From Geosiphon pyriformis uo1 (taxonomy: Eukaryota > Fungi > Glomeromycota), in assembly GCA_016748015.1 (NCBI GenBank), contig JAAOMT010000762.1, positions 620,001-684,000 on the forward strand: a stretch of 64,000 nt of DNA, in the 5' to 3' direction. Below, one piece after another: positions 1 through 13,535 of this stretch (its first letter is position 1; each line of letters begins with the position of its first letter). The notes beneath the pieces were generated by a model. It worked only from the letters and a program-made list of their open reading frames with translations, did not search any database and was not told the origin of the DNA. Position numbers and translations under genes: made by a program.

Positions 1-3000
1 TTATTACTGAGAAAATACAATAGTTTATTGTATTAACACTTAATACAAAAACCATGTTATCAATAATTGTATTTGGCTTTCTTGTTAGGCTTTTTATTAA
101 AGATTTTTTTAAGAATATTATAGTAGAGCCAGCAAATTAGCTTGTTATTTACAATAATCTTTTTTTTGTTAGCTTTAATATTGTTTAATGGCTTTCTATT
201 GTTGATAAAAATAGTGTACATAAGTTTAGCAGATTTTTTTGGTTTTTTTTGTTTTTTATTACTCTTTTTATTATTTGATTTATATGATTGTTTTTTTTTT
301 AGTTTTGTTTGAGTACTAAAAAAGTTGTTTAATAACAATACTTAACCACAATAGATTTTTTATTACATTTGATAGTTAATTTACACAGCTTATAATCAAG
401 TAAGATTTTGGTTTTCTTAAGCCATTTATTGTCAATAATTATAGTATACTCTTTAACTTTAAATACTTTCATGTCAGTTTTAATGCTAATACCATTAATG
501 TAAACAAAAACAGCTTTGGATATGTTCAGATCTTTTTTTTGTCATTATATATATTGGTTATTAGTCAAGTAAAAAGTTTATTAATTTTTCTGTCAATTGC
601 TTCAAAAGAGTGTTTGGCAATAATACTAACAGATAATCTACTGTTTAGAATTAAATTAATAAAATAACCAGCTACTTGGGCTTTGCAAATTAAAAAAATA
701 ACATTATTATTGTTAACAAATTTAGCTTGACAAAAACACTTATTGGTTTTTGGTGTTTTTTTCTTTAAGATTAATAATTTGTGAAGATTTTTTCTAAATT
801 ATAGATAAATCATTAACTGGCCAAAAATAATGTGAACTGGAGTTTCTATAAGATTTTTGATAACAAAATAGAATTCAAATTTTTGTACAATTTCTGGGAA
901 TTTCAACTTTGAAAAATTCTTAAAAACTTTGGTTTTTGATAGTTTATTGTTATTAACAATAAAAGTTGAGACTTTATTGAAATTTAAAATGAAATCAATC
1001 TTGGTTTTCTTTTTTTTTCTTGTAAATTCAGAGGGGTTAATGGCTAATTTATTTATGTTATGCTTATTATTAATTAGATTAAAAGCATAAAAGAAGTTTT
1101 TTTCTGATTGGCTTGTATTTTTACTTTTTGAAGATATACTTATCAGTTTAAAGACTAATAAACAATAGCTTCAACTAAGAGATTTTTTTTAAAAAAATTG
1201 ATATTGGCTTAATTAGATCTTTAATTAGGAGTATTATTATTATTAAATCTGTTGTTTTGATTATTATTGTTTTTAGAAATTAAAGAAGACAATAAAAGAT
1301 TGTTATAGTCTTTTGAAAAATGTCCAGTTAGTCCATAACAATAGTATACAAGTAGATTACAATTTTGCTGTCTTTGATATAATGATTGCTAAAACTAATT
1401 AAAGTGTAATTCAAATTTGGATCTTTGTTGTTGTTGGTTATCTCTAACTGCTTGTGTCAAAAACTCTAATAATTAGACAAAATTAGCTATAAGTCTATTT
1501 ATTAATTGTTTTTTATTTTTTATGCAAGCTCAATAATCATATCTATTATAGAATTATTTTTTAGAACCAAAAGAGGCCAAAGAACATAAAATAATTCAGT
1601 TCTTAATTCTTTTATAAAAGAGTCAATCTTTTGTTTTTTAATTTAGTTTCTTTTAAATTTGTTTTTAAATTAAATAGTAAAGGAAGTGTTTTTTTTTCTA
1701 GTATTTGTTAATATTCATTTAATAATTTTTTAGTAAGCACCAATATTAGTTTCTTGTAAGAATTATGTGGCAAAAAAATCTTAAAGATAGCCACCAACAA
1801 TTTGGAATTTGTAATCAACATTATATTGGTTGGCTGTAACTGCTTTTTCAAAGTTATCTAACTATTTAATTGGATTTTGAACATTATTTCTAAATAATAA
1901 TAATAGAGTATTGTTTTTTCACTCTAAAGCAATTTGTATATCTTAAAAAGCAGCTAAAATGTTTGCTTGTATAAAGTCAACAGCCATTGGTTCAAAGGTA
2001 ACTGTTTGAATAAAAAAGTTTGATTTACTTAAAAAGAAATTAAAAATAAGAGCAGTTTGATAACTTTTTTTTTCTGTTTTAAAGAAAGTTTCAGCTAACT
2101 AATAGACAGCAATCCAGATATAAATTTGGTAATTCAGATATTCAAAATCAAGAAATTGTTGTTTAAAAGTTGTTGAATAAAAAAGCTGATTAATATTGTT
2201 TAAGAGTTTTTTTAAAGTAAGCTTAATTAAAAAAATAGATTGTATAAGCTATATAAGTTTTAGCTAAATATTTGTTTAAAAACCAGTTCTAAAAATCTTG
2301 AAATTGTTTACTAGATTGTTTTTTAACAGAAAAGCAGATCAAGCAGAAGAGCAAAAAATTGAGTTCAATAAAATCTAAGTTATTACTTATACAATAAGAA
2401 ACAAAGTGGATTTTAACAATCTTACAAGGAATACTACTTTTATGTTATAGGTTAGAGTTAAAAGTTAACAAATAACAAGAAAAAACAGAATTGTAAGATA
2501 ATAGAATTAATTAAAAAAGATTTAATTTCAAGAAGTAAATTGAATAAGTATGAATTCAATATGCAAGATCAGTCTTAAAAAATATCTTAATCATTATTTT
2601 TTTCAAAAGATAACTGGAAAATCTGAAAGTAGAGAGATAGTCTGTACTGTTAATAAATAATAACACACTGGTATAATTCTATCTCTCACATTAGCACTTT
2701 TAGGATTCAATATTAGATATCAGATGTATTTTTCAGTTATATTTTATTCAATAATTTTTAAATACTATAATTATACAAGTCAAAAAAAGAATAAATAAAT
2801 GCCAACAAGTAATCTTTTATTTCAAAATATTTAGATATTTAAAGATAAAGAAAAAAATAAGTAATAGAAAAAAAATTAAGATGATAGTTGTTATTTTATT
2901 TATTTTTATTAATTGTTATATCTTTTTTACAGCTAAGAAACTTATTACTTATATAGTTATTAAAAATGGTCAATAATCAGATTAATGATTAGGTTATTGA

Positions 3001-3102
3001 TCAGGTCAATAATTACTATCTAAAAATAAAGTGGCTAATTATATAAAATTAATAGCTAATATATATAATAACTAATAAAAACTATGGTTTTCAATTATAA
3101 CA
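1..3102 (-). mobile_element. Decayed Ty3/Gypsy family B element (5' LTR 2443-3102, PBS, gag/PR remnant), inserted into the gag of the next copy
   Basis: Reverse complement aligns by eye to the better-preserved family B copy at 61870-64000 (LTR termini TGTTAT...ATAACA; gag QANILA..QTALG..NN). Confidence 0.8.
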
Positions 3103-4387
3103 ATAGTGAGATGTTGTTTTTATGCCTTAGAACAGTTTGTATATCTTGAAAAACAGCCAGAATGTTTGCTTATATGGAATCAGCAGTTATTAGTTTAAAG
3201 GTAGCTGTTTGTGTAGAATGATCTAATTCATTTAAGAAGAAATCAAAAACAAAAGCAGTTTGAGAGCTTTCTTTTTCTGTTACAAAAAATGTTTCAATTT
3301 ACTGGTAAACAGCAATCCAAATGTGAATTTGATAATTTAAATATTCGAAATTAAGAGACTATTGTTCAAAAATTATTAAGTATAAAAGCTAATTAATGTT
3401 GTTGTTTTTTTTTCAAGAGTTTTTTCAAAGTAAGCTTGATCAAAAAAATAGATTGTATAAGTTATATAGGTTTTAGTTAAATGTTTATATAAAAACTAGT
3501 TCCAAAAATCTTGAAATTGTTTACTGAATTGTTTTTTAACAAAAAAGCAAATCAAACAGAAGAGCAAAGAATTGAGTTTAATAAAATCTAAGTCGTTTTT
3601 AATGTGTACTACAAAGTATTTTTCTAATTGTTATAACAAATATAAATAATTATCTATATAATAAAAAACAAAGTGAATTTTAACAATCTTACAGAAACAT
3701 TACTTTTATGTTACAGATTAAAGTAACAAGCTAATAGATAGCAAAAAAAAACAAGATTGTAAGATAATAAAATCAATCAAAAAGAGAATTACAATAAAAA
3801 AGCAAATTAAATAAGTAAGAATTCAATGTGTGTGATTAGTTTCATAAAAATTACAGTTGTAAATTTTTTCTAAAAATTTAAAAGTAAAGGAATAGTTCAT
3901 AATTGTTAACAAAATAATACTGCTGCTATTATTTTATGCTTTAACTTAGCAAATCTTAAAATTAATAACAAATATTATTGTGCTTTTCAATTGTTTTTTT
4001 ATTCAATAAATTACAAAAGCAAGCAATTACTTCTCAAGCTAATTTTTAACAATACAAATCAAAAAGAGGAAAAGATAAAATATGTAAATACCAACAAGTA
4101 ATCTTTTATTTTAAGATATTCAGATACTTAAAAGTAAAAAAAAAAAAAAAATAATATGAGAAAAAGTAATTAATAATGAGTTTTATTTTATTATTTTTTG
4201 ATTATATTCTTTTATAATTAAGAGACTTATTACTTATATAGCCATTAAAAATAGTTAATAACCAAGTTATTAATCAGATCAATAATCAGATTATTAATTA
4301 CTATTTAAAAATTGGGTGGCTAATTATGTAATATTAATGGCTAATACATATAATAACTAATAAAAACTATGATTTTTAACTATAATA
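3103..4387 (-). mobile_element. Decayed family B element: 5' LTR (3709-4387) plus start of gag, cut at 3103 by the previous element
   Basis: Second homologue of 61870-63190; gag stops abruptly at the LTR end at 3102. Confidence 0.75.
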
Positions 4388-4862
4388 ACATTATTAAAGA
4401 CATGGTTTAAAATGTTTTCAATTGGCTTAAATCTGTGTTCTCAACTTTTCTATAATTTAGATTCAAAAATTTTTGTCTTAGTTCAATTTTGAGCTTTTTG
4501 TTTACTAATATTTTGATTTCATTAAGATTATTATAAAATTTGTCTTTTTTAATAATATAATCCAGTACTATTTTTTGTTTAGAATGTTTTTAATCATAGC
4601 CTTTTTGTTTAGTTCAAAGTTTTGTTGTTTTTTAATAATATTGTCTACTATTTGTTTCTGTTATTATAGTCTAATTCTAACATATAGTATTGATTTATAT
4701 ATTTTTTTAATACTAAGTAGTTTTGTAATAAGCTTATTTTTTAAAAAATTATTAAATATATATTTACTGCTTCAGATTTCAACTGTTTTTACTTAACCAA
4801 TAGCTGTATAATATTGTTATTATACATATCTGTATTGTTTATTCTTGTTTGTTTAATTATAT

Positions 4863-5426
4863 TATTACAGATTGGAGTAACAAGTTAATAGATAACAAGA
4901 AAAAACAGAATTATAGAGTAATAAAATTAATCAAAGAGAGAATTACAATAAAAAAACAAATTAAATAAGTAAAAATTCAATATACATAATTAGTTTTATA
5001 AAAATTACAGTTATAAATCTTTTTTGGAAATCTAAAAATAAAAAAATAGTTCATAATTGTTAACAAAATAATACTACTGCTATTATTCTATGTTTTAACT
5101 TAGTAATTTTTAGAATTAATAACAGATATTATTGTGTTTTTTATCATTATTTATTTAATGAATCACAAAAACAAACAATTATTTTTTAGGCTAATTCTAA
5201 CAATACAAACTAAAAAGAAAGAAAAGATAAGATATGTAAATGCCAACAAATAATTTTTTATTCCAAGATATTCAAATACTTAAAAAAACTTATCACTTAT
5301 ATAGCTATTAAAAGTGATCAATAATTAAGTTATTAATTATTATTTAAAAATAAGATGACTAATTATATAATATTAGTGGTTAATATTTGTAATAACTAAT
5401 AAAAACTATGGTTTTCAACTATAATA
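4863..5426 (-). mobile_element. Family B solo LTR (internally deleted), ATAT TSD
   Basis: Similar to 3709-4387 and 61870-62584; ATAT at 4859-4862 and 5427-5430. Confidence 0.7.
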
Positions 5427-5430
5427 ATAT

Positions 5431-6441
5431 TAACAAGTTCATAAATATTCATAATAAGATTATTTATTTACTTAACAATTTAATCAAAATCAAATTTGAT
5501 ACTTGAGGACTAAACTGTTTACAACTCTATTATTCTTTTAAAAGTATTATTATAGACCAAAAAAATTTTATTATTATTATTATTATTTATATTATTATTG
5601 TTAAATATGTTTATTAAGTAGATTTATTCATATTTTTTTTAGATTTATTATATTTTTTTGTAGCTTAAAAGCCATAGCACCAATAGTTTTTATTTGTTTA
5701 GTTATTACAGACAGACTTTTTTTTATTGTTATATTTATAGCAGATAGAGTAAACAGCAAAATAGTAACTAATACAACCAGAAAGTCAATAGGTTTAACCA
5801 CAAATTTAATTAACAAAAACAGTTTATTAAAGTAAAATTCCAAAAAAGCCAACTTGGATTCAACAGCAGTATTTGAAACAGCAGAAACAACAGATAGTAT
5901 AGACATTATAACTTTGAAAAAAACACCAAGTGCAAAATCTATATCAGCAGCAGCAGCAACAAAAAAAATCACAAAGACAACAGCATTAGCATAAAATTTA
6001 GCTTTAGCAAATAATGATTTAAAAATCTTAAGGCCACTAATAAAATTGGAAAAAAACTTAGAAGAAAAAGGTAATAACACTTTATAATCTACAACTAAAT
6101 GGTTCAAATCTTGATATTTGTTATAGTAACAATATTTAAAAGTGTTTTATTAGATATAATATTTATATAAAGTAACAGTTTTTAATACTGTATTGTTTAA
6201 GAACTTTAACAACTCAAAAGTTATCATAACAAAGCATTAATATTAATAAAAATTAGAAAAGTAAAGAATAAAACATGTATAGCTACCAATTTGAAAAACC
6301 AAATTATTAATTTCAAAGACAGTATAACCAAAAAAAAGATTGATCAACTTAGTTCTAAAAGCTTTTCTTGAAGTAATAATCTCTCTTTGGTTGACTATAA
6401 GAAAAATTTTAATCCTGTTTTTTTTAACTAGCACCAACCAG
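5431..6441 (-). pseudogene. Decayed non-LTR retrotransposon ORF1-like fragment
   Basis: Remnant knuckle-like 'KYQDLNHLVVDYKV' (cf. CxxCxxxxHxxxxC); similar remnant near 51950 (+). Inference only. Confidence 0.4.
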
Positions 6442-8085
6442 TATTATTAGTAAAATTTTAGTTATTAATTAACATAAAATTATCTTTATAATTTTTATTA
6501 GTAATTAGCATATATTATTATTGTTTTAATTATTATTTATTATTTAACCAATTTATTAAAAATTATTATTTAATTAATAAACTAATTAGTATAATTTACA
6601 AATTTGATGATTAAATCATGCAGTATACTGAACTCTATAATATTCAAAAATTCACCAAAATTTGCAAAAATTTGTGAAATATCTTGATAATTCACTAAAA
6701 TTATTTATAATTTATAGAAATAATTTGTAGTTCATTAAAATGTATTTTTAATTTATCAAAATTATAGCAAAAAAAAAGTTTAAGTTCATAAAATAGTACT
6801 ATAACAAGTTGTATAAAAAAAAAGCTTTTTTTTTATCTTATTTTATCTAATTCAAAATTATTTTATCTTAGAAATACTTTTATATTTATTAATAAAATAA
6901 TACTCCAAAAACAAATTTATTAATTATTTGTACTTAAAATTCTCTAAAACTCAATTAATGTTTTGAAATTAATTAGCTACCAATTTCAGTAATCTATTAG
7001 TAACTCCAGATTTGGACAGAAAATAATTTTCTTAATAAATTTTTTTTTTCTTTATATTTTTTTTATTTTTTTATTATAATCATTAAGGTAATTTATAAAT
7101 AAAATTTATGTAGAAGAGTTGACTTTCACAACAAAGTAACTACACATTTTTAGTAAGCTTTTAAACAAATAATTTCTGAAAAAAAGTTGACTTTCACTAT
7201 ATAGTAACTATATAAATAACTGGTATGAAATTGGTTATTCTACTTATAAATCTAGTAATTCAAATTATAAGAGATAATTTAAAAATAAATTTAGTTATTA
7301 AAGATTCAATAACTTTTAGTAATAGTAAATTTACAGCAAAATAATATTAAAAACATTCAAAAAAAAAGACCAAAATCTCCAGTAATATTTGGTTCTTCCA
7401 TAGAAATAACACAGTAACAACAACTTTAAAGTATCAATTACATTAGATATAACAACTTTAAAGTACTATCAGTTAATTTATATATATTATAAACAATAAT
7501 TTGAAATCCAAGACAGAATTACAGTTTTTAAGAAACTATTTTTTCAATATATTGAAAACTAAATCAACAATTATCTTTTTAAAAATTACAACATTACAAA
7601 AGTCAAGTAAAATCTTCTTAAAAATCTTATATACTATTCAAATAAAGACTTAAAAAACATTAATGTTAATAGTTGTACTATTTATTTTGAAAAACTTGAT
7701 TATAACATTATTAAATTTTGTGAAGAAAAATACTCTACTAATTCATAATTTATTTTTGAACTTGAGTTTGAATCTAAAACAAACAGAAAAGACAAAAAAA
7801 ACACATAATCAATTCATACAATATTTAATACACCAAAAACAATTTTTTAATACTTACAAATACTTAAACAAAGAATTAATTCTAAACTAACACTTTTAAT
7901 TACACTTTTTCTAGCTTCACTTATTTAAGTTTAAATATTAAATTTATTACTTAACTGTTTTTTAAGACCAGAAAATTTACATTACTAAAAAGCTTATTAC
8001 AATAGTTAAAACAAATTTTTACTAGCACAAATTTTCTTAATTTTTTAGCAGAAAACCAAAATAATTACTTTAATAATATAGATAA

Positions 8086-9033
8086 TATTACTTATAGAAT
8101 ATAGAAATCATATATTAGTACATAAATTAGCCAATCAGAATAAAACATAATAAAAGTGAAATTCCAGGATTTCTCTCAAAAAAATCACAGAATTTTAGAA
8201 TTATAGGATTTCTTTTAGAGAAATCACAGGATTTCAAAATTACAGGATTTCAGTATAAAAAATTGCAAAATTCCAGAATTTTTCTCAAAAAATTACAGGA
8301 TTTCAAGAATTTCAGGATTTCTGGCTAGAGAATTAAAGAATTCAAGAAATTTTATATAATAAAATTTATGTATATATAGCAATAGCATTAGAAACAAAAA
8401 GAACAGAATTCCCCAGCTAAGAATTCTTAGTTTAGAACTTTCAGTTTCAATTCCTTATCTATCCTTTTATATGATAGTATTTTATAACTTGAAGTGGAAA
8501 CATCAAATATTAATAAAATATTTATTAAACATTTACAATTCATTTTTTTATTATTAACAATTTATGTTAATAAGTATTAATACTTAATTACACTAAACTA
8601 ATAGCTCTTAATCATGACTATTGACGGGATATTAATTCTTTCTTGCCTTGGCTTATTTTGTTTTTTCTTTTCATTATTATTATTTTTTTTTTTTATTTTT
8701 TTTTTATTTTGTTTTATTGTAAATTTATTAATTAATTAAAAATTTAATACACAAAGTACTAATATTAAGATATAGTACTGGTAAAAGATCCAGGAATAAG
8801 AGTAAACATTCGAAATTGAGAATAGCTTACCAGGAAATTGCTGGCCACCAAGCCAAGAAAAAAATTGACAAGATTGCAATTCCAGAAAGCTACTAAAAAC
8901 AACTATTAAATCTCTGTTCATTATACAAAGAACTTAATCAAAACTTTCAGATCTTACCAACATTATTTAACTATTGAGCACCAAGTTATGAGTTTGTTAT
9001 TTGTTTTCAGACTTCAAATAATCACCTGTAATA
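8086..9033 (+). mobile_element. Family D solo LTR with internal tandem repeats (~8160-8350)
   Basis: TATTAC...CTGTAATA termini (decayed TGTTAC...GTAACA); TSD ATAA/ATGA; 3' half similar to 17560-18088; host gag continues on both sides. Confidence 0.7.
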
Positions 9034-10209
9034 ATGACAATAAAAACATTTCTGAATTCATTGAAAAAAAAACTGCTAAAAATAAAAACCAAAAAGAAAT
9101 AACAACTACTTATATTGCAAAAATTACTGAATTTACTAGTAAAAATACTGACATTAGTTTTTAAAAATGGCTTGATAAAGTTTTAAAAGCAAGAAATACA
9201 ATAATTAAAACATAATAAGAATGTTAAAAGCAATTTTTTATTTTTTTTAAGAAACAGCAGAAAAATAGTTTGAAAACCCAAATGCATTCTTTAAAAACTG
9301 GTAAGCATTCAAAACTGCTTTTTTGAAACAGTTTACTAACAACAATATTTTTATTACTCTCTAAAACCAGTTTCAAAACATTAAACAAAAACCTTTTAAA
9401 TCTATTATAACCTATTTTGGGAAGTTCAACAAACTTTTTAGAAGAATTTGACAATTAAAAACCAACAACTACTATTTACATGTATTAAAAAATTTGGCCA
9501 CTGCTATTTAACATACTAAAGCCTATAAAATAGCAATAGAAAAAACAAATTATACAAAACTTGTTAACTTTACAATTGGCAAAACCAGTTCAATAGCTGA
9601 AAAAAAAAATGATCAACTAATTAAAAAAATAGAAAACTATTATACTAATCAATAACAATAATAGTAGCAACAACAGAGATATCAATCATTACAATAACAA
9701 AACCAAAATACTTTTTTCTTATTATCAAACAACTAATCTTAAAACTATTACTATTGTAAAATTTCAGAATATTAGAAACAAAACTGCAGAAAGTTACAAC
9801 AAAATCAACAAAACAAAAGTAATTAATATTATTCTTTATTATAGCAATCTTATTACTAGTCTTTTATACAAATTTATTACTTTCTAAAATCTCAATATTA
9901 AAACAATTACTATTAATCTGTTTCTAGAATTTTAATTGAACTGAAGTAAATTAAACTTTGGGTGTTGTTTAAGTTTGGTTTAAATTATAAACCAAACTTA
10001 AATTAAACCAATTTTTCAAAGTAGATTTGGTTTGAGTTTGACATTAAACTTTTTTAACAAGTCTGAATTCAGTTTAAGTCTAGTTTGAAGTTCACAAACT
10101 TGTTCAAGTTTGATGGAATTAAAAAAAATATAATTTATACTACTTGTTTATCAATCATTACTTTGTTTAATTATTATAATTAATTAAAAAAATATATAAA
10201 ACTATGCAT

Positions 10210-12176
10210 TGTTACCTGAATAGAAAAACCAATCCAAAGTTATAGAAAAAACATGACCAAAAACATGATAACATGAAATAATACAGGATAATACAAAAAA
10301 ATACAGAATAACATGTAATAACTTAGAATAACATAATACAAGACTTGATAATGTTGTTATTGGAGATTTTTGGTCTCTTTTCTTGAATGTTGTTAATGTC
10401 TGTTTGTTGTGAATTTCTGTTTTTTGGAAGTAGTTAAACCTCCAATAACTGAATTTATCTTTAAATTATCTTTTATAATTTGAACTGCTGGGCTTATAAG
10501 TGGAGTGACCAATTCCATGCCAGTTACTTTGTGTAGTTATATTATAGTAAATGTTAACTCTTTTCCAAGAATTGCTCATCTGAAAGCTCACTAAAAATGT
10601 GTAATTACTTTGCTGTAAAAGTCAACTCTTCTACAAAAATCTTATCTGTAAGCTACTTTAATGATTATAATAAAAAATAAAAATAAAAATAAAAGAAATG
10701 TAAAAGAAATAGAATTCTGACAAGAGAAATGTTTTCTATTCAGGCCTGAAGTCACTAACAGATTACTGAAATTGGTAGCTAATCAATTTCAAAATGTTAG
10801 TTGTGTTGAGAAAATTTCAAGTATAATAATTTAAAGAATTTGGTTTTCAAATATTTAATTTTTATTTAAGATGTGTAAAAAATGATTTGTTCTAATTAAG
10901 ATATCTAAAGTAAGATACTATGGTAAAATATTATGAGAAAATACATTTTCTTGGAGAAAGAAGCTTTTTTTTATACAACTTGTTGTAATACTAGTTTTTG
11001 AACTTGCACTTTTCTTTTTGCTCTAATTTTGGTAAACTAAAGATACATTTTGGTAAATTACAAGTTATTTCTACAAATTATTGATTATTTCGGCCAATTT
11101 TTATCAATTTCGGTGAATTTTGACTATATATTAAATGGTTTAAGGTATTGTGTAATTTGATCATCTTAATTTTTATGATACAAATTGAGTTATTAATTGA
11201 GTAATAATATTTGATAATTTAATTAGATAATAAGTGATAATCAAAATGATAATAGTATATGCTAATTAATAATAAGAATTATGAGAATAATTTTATGCTA
11301 ATTAATAGCTAAAATTCTATTAGTAACAATATGTTATAGCACGAAATAACTAGTTGAAACATAAAATAACTAGTAATAATGTAGAAAAATAAAGCAATAA
11401 CAAAAATAGTGAAGCAATAGCTAGCAAAAACAAAACAATCTTGTAAAACCAAAAAAGAATATATAAAAATAAGTAGTTGTAAAAGTTAGAAAAACAGCCA
11501 AAAAAAAATCAATTTTTTTCTTTCTTATAATTATTACCTCTTACAAAAATAAAAGATTTATTTAAAAACTTGAAATCATTAATACATAGTCATCAATCAT
11601 TCCATGCTTGAATTGAACTAATTTTTGTTTTATACTTTTGTTTCAAAACAGATGCTTTTAGCATAAATGTTTCGAATCTTTAATAACTTGAACCAATCAC
11701 TCTTAATTATGGTAATTGACAATATTAATTATCTTCTTTTATTTTATTTTATTTTATTTTATTTTATTTTCTCTTTTGTGGAGTAGCAACATAAAAAAAT
11801 TGACTGTTTGGAAATAGATTTCATGATAGTTTGGTAAAAAAAGAAAGCTTTTCCTAAGTTTAGATATTAATATTATCTTGGTAGCTTACCAAAAAGGTGA
11901 AAAAACATTGTCAGATCCTAATAACTGCACTTGTTAGTTCAGAAAAAATAGCTTATATTTACATATAAGAAGTTGTAACACCATGAAACATCTCTCTGTG
12001 CTTTATAACCAAAGAACTCTATGGATAAATTCATATTAATCAAACAGATCTTTAGAGATTAATAATACTAATATACTAAAAAAGTCTATTGAAAAAAAAC
12101 CATTAAAAACTCTCTAGAAACCCAAATTTTGAGCACCAAATATTATTGCTATACTCTATCTAGTTTATCTATAACA
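10210..12176 (+). mobile_element. Family C solo LTR (~990 bp after removing the nested LTR) inside the hAT 5' region
   Basis: TGTTAC...ATAACA termini; perfect GCAT TSD (10206-10209, 12177-12180); homologous to 59705-60782; 10-bp tandem repeats near the 5' end. Confidence 0.8.
10355..11328 (-). mobile_element. Family A solo LTR nested in the family C LTR
   Basis: Reverse complement of the A LTR end to end; TSD ATGT/ATAT. Confidence 0.9.
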
Positions 12177-13197
12177 GCATATATAACAACTTTACTTTCT
12201 AATTTACCAAAATGAATTTATTGTTAGTATTATCCAATGTTATCAAAAATTTAAAATTTAAAATAACAGAATTTAATAACTCAAATAGTCCAAATATTAA
12301 TATATTTAATAAATATAGTTTTTAGAGTAAAATATAAGACTATTTTAATAAGTTTAAGTAAATAAAAGAAAAAAAAAACAGCTAAATATACAGTCTTAAA
12401 ATGTGTACATAAATTATTTTTTTGTAAAACTACAGATACTACCAAACTTTTATGGCACTATTTAGAGATTTTTTACCAAACAGTATATATTATAATAGAA
12501 AAATATTATAAGAAAAGACAAAATGCCCAAAAAAATTACAAGTCAATTAAAGAAATATTTTAATGGGTGAAATTGTTATTTTTTTTATGATTTTTGGTTA
12601 ATCTAACTAAAAAACTGCTTTAGTCTTCTGTAGTAACTGTTATTGATATTAATAATAAAAAACTTTGTAACATAATTACTATTTGGTTTATCAACTACTA
12701 GCAACCACTTTTTATAGTAGAAAACTTTAAATTAATTAAAATATTCTAATATTTAAACCCTATTTCTCAACCTGTTTGTGTTAATACAATTAAAAATAGA
12801 ATCATAGAACTCTATGTCTTGGGTAGACAAAAATTAAGAGTAAGCACTACTTTTATTATAAAATATTTTTTTTCTTTTACTTATACTTATAACATAATAG
12901 ATATATTTAAGTATTATCAAATCCAAGATTTTTTTTATATTAGATTTTTGAACATCTTTTAATAACAAAGTTTTTATTTTTATTATCAATTATTATATTA
13001 ATAATAATTAGAATCTTTAATAAACAATAATTGATTTTGGATTAATAAGTAGATAACATAATAAAATAAATTTTATAAATAAATTTTTTAAAGTATTAAA
13101 AGATTATAAAATTACATTAAAAATATGTACATATATTCTTGTATAAATTTGGATTAGATAATAACCAATAATAAGATTAATATACTATGTAGCATAT

Positions 13198-13535
13198 TAG
13201 TATTATTTGAAGTTCAAAGTTATCACAGTACTTATATTATCAAAAATTACATTTTCTCAATATTGACTTAAGTTGGTTTTTATTATTGCCCCAGAGCTGA
13301 ATTTTTGGTATTAGTATTATCTGAGATTTAGAATTATTATAGTGTTCATATTATTAAAAATTACATTTTTTCAATATTAGCTTAAGTTGGTTTTTATTAT
13401 TGCTCCAAAGCTGAATTTTTGGCATTAATATTATTTAAGACTTAGAGTTACTATAGTGTTTATATCATTGAAAATCATGTTTTCTTAATGTTAACTTAAA
13501 TGGTTTTTATTATTGTTTTGAGCCAAATTTTTAGC
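13198..13535. repeat. 114-bp tandem repeat, 3 copies, inside the hAT transposase region
   Basis: Units start at 13198, 13312 and 13426 and share CTTAAGTTGGTTTTTATTATTG...GCTGAATTTTTGG. Confidence 0.85.

Noticed and set aside
8160-8350. CRISPR-like appearance of short repeats (also 13198-13535 and 59760-59950)
   Set aside because: No unique spacers, no cas genes, eukaryotic context; they are tandem repeats inside TEs.
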